Assembly: GCA_965199715.1 (NCBI GenBank)
Contig: OZ241322.1
Span: 1,280,001 to 1,344,000, forward strand
DNA length: 64,000 bases
Origin: Vicinamibacteria bacterium
GTDB lineage: Bacteria > Acidobacteriota > Vicinamibacteria > Marinacidobacterales > Marinacidobacteraceae
Reading direction: 5' to 3'
This document shows positions 57,002 through 64,000 of this stretch, one piece after another. The first letter of the stretch is position 1; each line of letters starts with the position of its first letter. The notes under the pieces were generated by a model. It did no database searches. It was not told the DNA's origin and saw nothing but the letters and a program-made list of their open reading frames with translations. Position numbers and translations under genes: made by a program.

Positions 57002-58257
57002 CGCGCGCTGGCAGCCACACCTACGTTCATGAGCTCGTAGCCCGGTGCGGCCTGCGTCTTGAGGAGGCATCCGAAGTGCTCGGCGTCAGCCCCCGCACCG
57101 TGCGCCGCTACATGAACGGCGAGACGGAGCGGGTCGATCCTCTGAAAATCGAGAGGCTGCGCGACTTCGCAGCGGTGCGGGGATTGGGCCCCGTGGGACG
57201 GCGCTTCCGATTCGTGGATCTCTTTGCCGGGATCGGCGGTCTGCGCCGCCCGTTCGAGGAGATCGGCGGACAGTGCGTCTTCAGCGCCGAGCGGGATCGG
57301 TTCGCACGCCAGACGTACGCGGCGAACTTCCCCGAGGCCCCCGGCAGCGAACACGCATTCGCGGAGGACATCCGTCCTTGGGCGGCGACGCCGGAGCGGA
57401 TTCCCTCCCACGACGTGCTGCTGGCCGGGTTTCCCTGCCAGCCGTTCTCAATCGCCGGCGTGTCCAAGAAGAACGCCCTCGGCCAGCCGCACGGGTTCCG
57501 CTGCGAAACGCAGGGAACGCTGTTCTACGACGTGGCCCGGATTCTGGAGCATCACCGGCCGGCGGCGTTCCTCCTCGAGAACGTTCGCAACCTCAAGCGG
57601 CATGATCGGGGCCGGACGTTCGCGACGATCATGGGAGTCCTGAGTCGCGAGCTTGGCTACAACGTCGTCACGCGGATTATCGACTCGTCCCCGTGGGTGC
57701 CCCAGAAGCGGGAAAGAATCTTCATCGTGGGCTTCCGGGACGTAACCCCGTTCGATTTCGACGCGCTGTCGTACCCGGCGGAGCCGCCGCCCGTGCTCGG
57801 AGACATTCTCGAGGCCGAGGTCGATCCCAAGTACACCCTGTCGGCCCACCTGTGGGAGTACCTCGTCGCGTACAAGGAACGCCATCGGCGGGCGGGCAAC
57901 GGCTTCGGCTACTCGCTGTTCGGTCCGGGGGACGTGGCGCGCACGCTGTCGGCGCGGTACCACAAGGACGGCTCCGAGATCCTCATCCGGCAGCAGGGAA
58001 CCCGCCCCCGCCGCCTGACGCCCCGCGAATGCGCCCGGCTCATGGGCTTCGAGGAGCGAGGGGCGCCGCGCTTCCGCATCCCGGTGTCGGACACCCAGGC
58101 GTACCGGCAATTCGGCAACGCCGTGGTCGTCCCGGTCGCACGTGCGGTGTCTCGCCTGATGGATTCCCACATGGGCCTTGATCGCAGCGGTTTCGCAGGT
58201 GATCGGCCAGCGAGGTACGTCGGCCCGCTCCTCAAGGGTCACGCGGCGAACTGGTGA
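56998..58257 (+). CDS. dcm: C5-cytosine DNA methyltransferase, Dcm/M.EcoRII-like, with an N-terminal HTH
   Basis: [21 protein letters not shown]; motifs [36 protein letters not shown] and YRQFGNAV; Dcm-type target region [15 protein letters not shown]. Confidence 0.95.
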   Translation: MTRAGSHTYVHELVARCGLRLEEASEVLGVSPRTVRRYMNGETERVDPLKIERLRDFAAVRGLGPVGRRFRFVDLFAGIGGLRRPFEEIGGQCVFSAERDRFARQTYAANFPEAPGSEHAFAEDIRPWAATPERIPSHDVLLAGFPCQPFSIAGVSKKNALGQPHGFRCETQGTLFYDVARILEHHRPAAFLLENVRNLKRHDRGRTFATIMGVLSRELGYNVVTRIIDSSPWVPQKRERIFIVGFRDVTPFDFDALSYPAEPPPVLGDILEAEVDPKYTLSAHLWEYLVAYKERHRRAGNGFGYSLFGPGDVARTLSARYHKDGSEILIRQQGTRPRRLTPRECARLMGFEERGAPRFRIPVSDTQAYRQFGNAVVVPVARAVSRLMDSHMGLDRSGFAGDRPARYVGPLLKGHAANW

Positions 58258-58272
58258 TACAAGTGCGCCGTA

Positions 58273-58734
58273 GTGAACGTTTCCGCGCAGCGGAGCCGCA
58301 TGATGGCGAGCGTCCGGAGCGCCGACACGAGGCCCGAGCGAACCGTCCGGTCTGCGCTGCACCGGCAGGGGTTTCGATTCCGGCTGCATCGACGCGACCT
58401 TCCCGGCACGCCGGACCTGGTCTTTCCCAAGCACCGGGCCGTCCTGTTCGTGCACGGCTGCTTCTGGCACGGCCACGACTGTCACCTGTTCCGTTGGCCA
58501 CGCACGCGAGCTGACTTCTGGCGAACCAAGATCACTGCGAACATCGACCGCGACCGGCGCCAGATCACCGCACTCCGGCAAGCCGGATGGCGCGTGGGAA
58601 CCGTTTGGGAGTGCGCACTGAAGGGCCGGGAGCGGCTTCCGGAAGATCGGGTCGCGGAACAATGCGCGGAGTGGCTCCGGTCGGGCGAGGCGGGGATGGA
58701 GATCCAGTGCGGTGAAGCGTGGAACCCTGCGTGA
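58273..58734 (+). CDS. vsr: Very short patch repair endonuclease
   Basis: RSRMMASVRSADTRPE, LPGTPD, FVHGCFWHGH and GWRVGTVWEC motifs. Confidence 0.96.
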   Translation: MNVSAQRSRMMASVRSADTRPERTVRSALHRQGFRFRLHRRDLPGTPDLVFPKHRAVLFVHGCFWHGHDCHLFRWPRTRADFWRTKITANIDRDRRQITALRQAGWRVGTVWECALKGRERLPEDRVAEQCAEWLRSGEAGMEIQCGEAWNPA

Positions 58735-59920
58735 CCACTTCGCTCGCGTAGCGGTCAAGCGCCTCACGGCGCACGAGACCGACCCTTCCGTCTCGCACGG
58801 ACATGAGATCCAGGCCACGACCGAACTCAGGAGGCGAGTCCTCGGAGAGGTAGAGGGCAAACCGGCGACGGTCTATCTCTACCTCGGAGATGACGAGGAC
58901 GGCATTTCCGTCAGGGACACCGTGACGCTCTACGACGCACGCGCCGACGATCCAAAACGCGCCCCGGAGTGGCGTCTCTACTACAAGGACAACGCGGTCA
59001 CCGACGCGATGGCCGAGGGCGACTCGCTCTTCCTCGCGGCGGACAAGGATGGGTTGCTCTACTTCGTGGTCGCGGCCGCCGGGTCCACGAGCGAGCGCCA
59101 GTTGCGCTGGCTGTTCGACCTGCAGCCCGAGGGCCGCCGGTTCGTCACCAAGGACGTACCCGACAGCGGCCCGGAAATGGGCCTCGCGGCCCACTACGTC
59201 CTTGGCGAGCTCGGCATCGGAGTCAAGCACGCGGATCCGGAGTGGCTGGACCACATCATCAGGAATCTGGAGGAGTTTCCGAAGACCGCCGAATTCTCGA
59301 AGCTCGCACGCTCGACGCTCCCGAACGTGGACGCCAGGGAGGAGCCCGACCGTGCGCTCGAGGCTTGGCTGAAGCACGAGGAAGCGTTGTTTTTTCGGCT
59401 GGAACGAAGGCTCGTCGGCGACCGATTGAAGGCCGGTTTCACCACCGACGACGAGCCGGACGTGGAGGGCTTCATGAAGTTCTCCATGGGTCTCCACAAC
59501 CGGAGGAAGGCGCGGATGGGCTACGCGCTCGAAAACCACCTCGAGGCCGTGTTCCAGGCGCACGACGTCCAGTACACACGAGGTGCGATCACCGAACGGC
59601 GCCGCCGGCCGGACTTTCTCTTTCCGAGCGTCGAGGCGTACCGCGCCGGGGCTCCGGACCTGACCATGCTGGGCGCAAAGTCCTCATGCAAGGAGCGCTG
59701 GCGGCAGGTTCTCGCCGAGGCGGAGAAGATTCCGCACAAGCACCTGCTGACGCTCGAGCCGGGAATCACCGAGCCGCAGACGGCGGAGATGCAGGCGCAC
59801 GATCTGCAACTCGTCGTCCCGCTGGGGGTCCACCAAACCTATACGGACACGCAGGGGGCGTGGCTGTGGAACCTCGGCGACTTCATCCGGCATGTGAAGG
59901 GTAAGGCCTTTTCGCCGTAG
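58712..59920 (+). CDS. Type II restriction endonuclease, EcoRII C-terminal domain family
   Basis: NRRKARMGYALENHL, RPDFLFP, LGAKSSCKERWRQVLAEA and KHLLTLEPGI motifs. Confidence 0.9.
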   Translation: MKRGTLRDHFARVAVKRLTAHETDPSVSHGHEIQATTELRRRVLGEVEGKPATVYLYLGDDEDGISVRDTVTLYDARADDPKRAPEWRLYYKDNAVTDAMAEGDSLFLAADKDGLLYFVVAAAGSTSERQLRWLFDLQPEGRRFVTKDVPDSGPEMGLAAHYVLGELGIGVKHADPEWLDHIIRNLEEFPKTAEFSKLARSTLPNVDAREEPDRALEAWLKHEEALFFRLERRLVGDRLKAGFTTDDEPDVEGFMKFSMGLHNRRKARMGYALENHLEAVFQAHDVQYTRGAITERRRRPDFLFPSVEAYRAGAPDLTMLGAKSSCKERWRQVLAEAEKIPHKHLLTLEPGITEPQTAEMQAHDLQLVVPLGVHQTYTDTQGAWLWNLGDFIRHVKGKAFSP

Positions 59921-59942
59921 CGACCGGGGGGCTGGACAGGTC

Positions 59943-59951
59943 TGGTAGAAT
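59943..59951 (+). promoter_or_regulatory. Extended -10 promoter candidate for carD
   Basis: TGGTAGAAT (TGn + TAGAAT) about 50 nt upstream of the carD ATG. Confidence 0.5.
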
Positions 59952-60002
59952 GCTCCGTTGATCGTAATTCCGCGTAGTCGGAGGGGTTGAGCAGTACGCC
60001 AG

Positions 60003-60650
60003 ATGCAATCGTTCAAGACGGGTGACAAGGTCATTTACCCCAACCAGGGGATCGCGGTGGTCGAGAACATCGACAAGTCGGGGAAGGACGAGACCGCCAC
60101 GGTCTTCTACCGGCTGCGGCTGCTCGCCAAGTCCACGCTGGTGATGGTTCCGGTGACCAAGGCCGAGGAGGTCGGGCTGCGCCCGATCATGACCGAGGGC
60201 GAGGTCGAGAAGGTGTTCGACATCCTCGAGCGGGGTCCGGTGGACGAGCACGTCAACTGGAAGACCCGCTTCAAGGACAACTCCGACCGGATGAAGAGCG
60301 GCTCGCCGGTCGAGGTCGCCGGCGTGCTCAAGGGGCTCCACTTTCTCGACCAGAAGAAGAACCTCTCCTTCCGCGAGAAGCGGATGTTCGACCGGGCGCA
60401 CCAGCTCACCGTGACCGAGCTGGCCGAAGTCGCCGACGAGTCGCTGGAGGAGGTGGAGCGCAAGGTCAAGGAGGCGCTGGCGCGAAACCGCGGCGCGGAC
60501 GCCGACCAGGAGAATTCGACGCGGGGCGAGGAAGGGCGCGGCGCCACTCCGGTCAGCCACACGTTCCCCGACCGGCGCGGCCGCAGGCAGCCGGCGAGGG
60601 AGTCGGGCAGCCGGCGGCACGTCAAGATTTCGATCAACCGCTACTACTGA
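60003..60650 (+). CDS. carD: CarD/CdnL family RNA polymerase-binding regulator
   Basis: FKTGDKVIYPNQG, VMVPV...VGLRP, NWKTRF and LSFREKRMF motifs, plus an extra C-terminal tail. Confidence 0.92.
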   Translation: MQSFKTGDKVIYPNQGIAVVENIDKSGKDETATVFYRLRLLAKSTLVMVPVTKAEEVGLRPIMTEGEVEKVFDILERGPVDEHVNWKTRFKDNSDRMKSGSPVEVAGVLKGLHFLDQKKNLSFREKRMFDRAHQLTVTELAEVADESLEEVERKVKEALARNRGADADQENSTRGEEGRGATPVSHTFPDRRGRRQPARESGSRRHVKISINRYY

Positions 60651-60686
60651 CCCCGCCCGGGTAGCCAGAAAGCCGGATTCAGGCTG

Positions 60687-61418
60687 ATGCGCCGGCTGCG
60701 GGCGATCGTCGGGACGCTGGCGATCGCGGTCGTCCTGCCGACGATGCTGCTGGGCGGCCTCGTCATGATCCCGTTGGCCGACTGGTTCGGCGGGAAGCGG
60801 CGCCTCGGCTACGAGATCGGGCGGGCGATCATGGGCGCCAGCTTCCGGGTCGCCGGCGTGCGGGTGGTCGTCGAGGGACGCGAGCTGATCGAGCCCTGGG
60901 AGACGAGGGTGTACGTCCCGAACCACGCCTCGCTCATGGACATGCCCGCCGTCATGTACGTGATCCCCGGCGCCAACTCGACGCTCATCAAGCGCGAGGC
61001 GTACCGGGTGCCGCTCGTCGGGACCGCGTTCCGCCAAGTCGGGTTCCTGCCGGTGGAGCGGGCGCAGAAGGCTTCGGCGCGCAAGAGCCTCGACGAGGCC
61101 GTCCGCGTGGCCCGCGCCGGCCATTCGTTCATCATCGCCCCCGAGGGGACCCGAAGCCGCACCGGGAAGGTCGGGCCGTTCCGGTCCGGCGCGTTCCGCA
61201 TCGCCGCCGCGGCCGGGATTCCGGTGGTTCCGGTGAGCGTGACCGGCGCCGCCGGGCTCATGCCGCCCGGGTCGTGGCTGCTCTACTCCGGGGTCGTCCG
61301 GATCCGCTTCCACCGCCCGATTCCGACGACCGGCATGGACCGGGAGCGGCTCTCCGAGCTGCGGACGGAGGTCCGGCGGATGATCGTGGACGCGCTCGAG
61401 GAGGCCGAGAATGCCTGA
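60687..61418 (+). CDS. plsC: 1-acyl-sn-glycerol-3-phosphate acyltransferase (PlsC family)
   Basis: NHASLMD, APEGTRS and FRSGAF motifs, with an N-terminal TM segment. Confidence 0.88.
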   Translation: MRRLRAIVGTLAIAVVLPTMLLGGLVMIPLADWFGGKRRLGYEIGRAIMGASFRVAGVRVVVEGRELIEPWETRVYVPNHASLMDMPAVMYVIPGANSTLIKREAYRVPLVGTAFRQVGFLPVERAQKASARKSLDEAVRVARAGHSFIIAPEGTRSRTGKVGPFRSGAFRIAAAAGIPVVPVSVTGAAGLMPPGSWLLYSGVVRIRFHRPIPTTGMDRERLSELRTEVRRMIVDALEEAENA

Positions 61419-62154
61419 TTCGGGGACGCTCGTGCTGCTGCGTCACGGCGAGAGCGTCTGGAACCGCGAGAACCGTTTCACCGGCTGGCTGGACGCGCCA
61501 CTCTCCGACGCCGGGCGCGAGGAGGCCCGCCGCGCCGGGGCCCGGCTACGGGAAGCCGGGATCCTGCCGGCGGCCGCGCACGCGTCGGCGCTCCAGCGCG
61601 CCATCCACACCCTCTGGCTCGTCCTCGACGGGATCGAGGCGCCGTGGATCCCGACCCGCTGCTCGTGGCGGCTGAACGAGCGCCACTACGGCGCGCTGCA
61701 AGGAGCCGACAAGGCGGAGATCGCGAGCCGCCACGGAGAGGAAGCGACCATGCGCTGGCGGCGGAGCTTCGACGGCACGCCGCCGCCGCTGCCCGAAGAC
61801 CACCCCGACCACCCGCGCCGCGACCGAAGGTACCGGGACGTGCCGCCTGCGCTCCTGCCGGCCACGGAATCCCTCGCGGACGCCCAGCGGCGGGTGCTCG
61901 CCCACTTCGAGGAGTCCATCGTCCCCGATCTGCGGGAGGGGCCGGTGCTCGTCGTCGCCCACGGCAACAGCCTTCGCTCGCTCATCATGCGCCTCGACGA
62001 TCTCAGCCCCGCCGAGATCGCCGGACGGAACGTCCCGACCGGAATTCCGGTGATCTATCGGCTCGACCGGAACGGGCGGGCGACCGACAAGCGCTGGCTC
62101 GCGCCTCCCGACGAGCTGAGAAGCCGCGTGGCTCTCGCCGAGCGGCGACCGTAG
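61411..62154 (+). CDS. gpmA: 2,3-bisphosphoglycerate-dependent phosphoglycerate mutase
   Basis: LRHGESVWNRENRFTGW, RLNERHYGALQG, WRRS, VAHGNSLR and PTGIP motifs. Confidence 0.95.
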   Translation: MPDSGTLVLLRHGESVWNRENRFTGWLDAPLSDAGREEARRAGARLREAGILPAAAHASALQRAIHTLWLVLDGIEAPWIPTRCSWRLNERHYGALQGADKAEIASRHGEEATMRWRRSFDGTPPPLPEDHPDHPRRDRRYRDVPPALLPATESLADAQRRVLAHFEESIVPDLREGPVLVVAHGNSLRSLIMRLDDLSPAEIAGRNVPTGIPVIYRLDRNGRATDKRWLAPPDELRSRVALAERRP

Positions 62155-62175
62155 GGAGGCCGCCGACCGGGGCGC

Positions 62176-63471
62176 TCAGTGTCCCTTGTGGCCGAGCGGC
62201 CCCCGCGCGCCGGCCTTCTTGCCGGTGTCCGCGCTCTCCTTCGAGCCCTCGCCCGACAGGATCGCCGGCACGTCCACGCCGGTCGCGGTCTTGATCTGCT
62301 CGAGGAACGCCGCCACCGAGCCGGTGAGTCCGCGCACGTGCGTCGGGATGCCGTTCCCGTCGCCGTTGTCGACGACCGTGAGCCGCTCGACGTGCAGGTT
62401 GTCGTGGAGGACGTGAGTGACCTTGTCCACGAGCTGCGGGAGCATCTGGAAGAGCATGATCTCGCGGGCCGCGTCGTCCTCCCACTGCCCCTTGATGACC
62501 TCCATGGCGTCCGCCGTCGCGCGTCCGTCCTCGCGGATGCTCGCGGCCTTGCCCTCGGCCTTCCGGGCGGCGGCGGCGCTCGCGGCCTCCGCCGGGACGA
62601 CCGTGTTGGCCTTCTCCCTAAGCTCATTGCGCTCGACCCGGACGCTCTCCAACTCGCGCTCTTCCTTCACCCGGGCGATGCGGTTCGCGATCCCGGCCAC
62701 GGCCTCCGCCTCGTTGGCCTCCTTGTCGCGCTCCGCCCGACGCATCCGGACGGCGTGCTCGGCGTCCACGATCGCCGTCTCGGCGGCGGTCTCGGCGACG
62801 ACCGCATCGCGCTTCGAGCTCGCCGCCACGTCGCGCGCCTCCGCGTCGGCGCGGGCCTCTGCCACGAGGGCGTCCTTCCGCACCGTCGCGCTGCGCTTCC
62901 TCCCGATCGCCTCGAGGTAACCCTCGCCGTCGCCGAGGTGCTGGACCTGGAGGGTGTCGAGCACGAGCCCCAGCCGGTCGAAGTCCTCGCGGGCGGCCTT
63001 CGCGGCCTCGCCGGAGAGCTTCAGCCGCGAGGCGTTGGCCTCCTCGGGGCTCAGGTTCGCGAGGACGCCCCGCAGGCTTCCCTCGAGCGTCTGGCGGGCC
63101 ACGGTCCGGATCTCGTGGCTGCTCTTTCCGAGGAAACGCTCGACCGCGGCCCGCAGGCCAGCGGACGTATCGCCGGAGACCTTCACGGTCGCGATCGCGT
63201 CCACGCGCAACGGGATCATTCCCTTCGAGAGCGCCTTGCCGAGCGACACCTCGATGGGGATGGTGTTCAGCGAGATCCGGTGCACGGACTCGACGAGCGG
63301 GCGGCGGAAGCCCCGGCCGCCGCGGAGGATCCGCGAGCCGCGGCGACCGCCCGAGAAGATCACCGCCTCGTTCGGAGCGCACACCACGACGTGAGTGCGG
63401 ATGAACAGGATGATCGCGACGAAGGCGACGGCCCCGAGCGCGAGGACGATTCCGATGGTTCCTGGAGTCAT
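62176..63471 (-). CDS. Flotillin/SPFH domain membrane protein
   Basis: N-terminal TM, PNEAVIFSG, TLEGSLRGVL, GLVLDTLQVQ, GYLEAIG and an Ala/Glu-rich coiled coil. Confidence 0.9.
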   Translation of the reverse strand: MTPGTIGIVLALGAVAFVAIILFIRTHVVVCAPNEAVIFSGGRRGSRILRGGRGFRRPLVESVHRISLNTIPIEVSLGKALSKGMIPLRVDAIATVKVSGDTSAGLRAAVERFLGKSSHEIRTVARQTLEGSLRGVLANLSPEEANASRLKLSGEAAKAAREDFDRLGLVLDTLQVQHLGDGEGYLEAIGRKRSATVRKDALVAEARADAEARDVAASSKRDAVVAETAAETAIVDAEHAVRMRRAERDKEANEAEAVAGIANRIARVKEERELESVRVERNELREKANTVVPAEAASAAAARKAEGKAASIREDGRATADAMEVIKGQWEDDAAREIMLFQMLPQLVDKVTHVLHDNLHVERLTVVDNGDGNGIPTHVRGLTGSVAAFLEQIKTATGVDVPAILSGEGSKESADTGKKAGARGPLGHKGH

Positions 63472-63576
63472 GGAGAAGTCTCCCTGGGACGCTGACGGGT
63501 CGGGAACGGCGTGACCCGGGTCGGTGGCGTGCGGCGGGCGTTGCGTTCGTTCCCGCTCGCGCGGCGCAATCGGCTG

Positions 63577-64000
63577 CTAGACATCGTAGTAAAGCGCGAA
63601 CTCGGCGGGATGGGGGCGCTGGTCGATGTACGCGAGTTCCTGGGTGCGCTTGTAGCGGATCCAAGTCTCGATGACGTCTTGGGTGAAGACGTCGCCGCGC
63701 TTGAGGTACTCGTTGTCGTCCTCGAGCGAGAACAGCGCGCTCTTGAGGGTGGGGGGCGTGTCCTTGATCTTGCGCTGCTCGGCCTCGGGCATCGTGTAGA
63801 TGTCCCGGTCCACCGGGTCGGGCGGCTCCGTCTGGTCGAGGACGCCGTCCACGCCGGCCATCAGGATGGCCGCGAAGGCGAGGTACGGGTTCGCGCTCGG
63901 ATCGGGACACCGGAACTCGACGCGCTTCGCCGCCGGGCTCGCGGAATACATCGGGATGCGGACCGCAGCGGAGCGGTTCCGCTGCGAATAGACCAGCTTG
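63577..64000 (-). CDS. glnA: Glutamine synthetase type I (C-terminal part; start lies beyond the window)
   Basis: YSQRNRSAAVRIPMY, KRVEFRCPDPSANPYLAF, DIY (adenylylation-site Tyr region) and the PHPAEFALYYDV end. Confidence 0.96.
   Translation of the reverse strand, partial: KLVYSQRNRSAAVRIPMYSASPAAKRVEFRCPDPSANPYLAFAAILMAGVDGVLDQTEPPDPVDRDIYTMPEAEQRKIKDTPPTLKSALFSLEDDNEYLKRGDVFTQDVIETWIRYKRTQELAYIDQRPHPAEFALYYDV

Noticed and set aside
56940-59940. Transposon or prophage boundaries around the R-M cassette
   Set aside because: No integrase, transposase, terminal inverted repeats or target-site duplication could be seen.

Overview
High-GC bacterial chromosomal window, very densely coded, with many 1-4 nt gene overlaps. 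The Oar-type TonB receptor, VPS10/BNR glycosidase and PIG-L/SSS genes suggest Acidobacteria (inference). It holds about 55 mostly housekeeping or metabolic CDSs: argGH, an SNF2 helicase with a SWIM-like partner, yebC-ruvC-ruvA-[MutS-like ATPase]-ruvB-queA, two D-cysteine-desulfhydrase-family paralogues (one frameshifted), an acyl-CoA carboxylase/AtuA cluster, tenA, transporters, glcDEF, uvrC-trpS-scpA-scpB-rluB/cmk, an inserted Dcm/EcoRII-type cassette (HTH-MTase, vsr, REase), carD, gpmA, a flotillin and the 3' end of glnA. I saw no rRNA, tRNA, IS element or CRISPR array. Best leads: (1) a membrane-anchored MutS-family ATPase translationally coupled between ruvA and ruvB; (2) a PLP enzyme with a lipoprotein signal and a QSNW motif; (3) an RluB-Cmk fusion whose 3' end carries a perfect 8-3-8 palindrome just upstream of the HTH-methyltransferase; (4) an SNF2 partner lacking the SWIM zinc ligands; (5) a recurring leaderless-promoter signature (TANNNT 7 nt before the start codon); (6) a 23-bp G-tract tandem repeat. 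Start codons were re-chosen by eye from the ORF track, and family calls rest on motif recognition only, without database searches.
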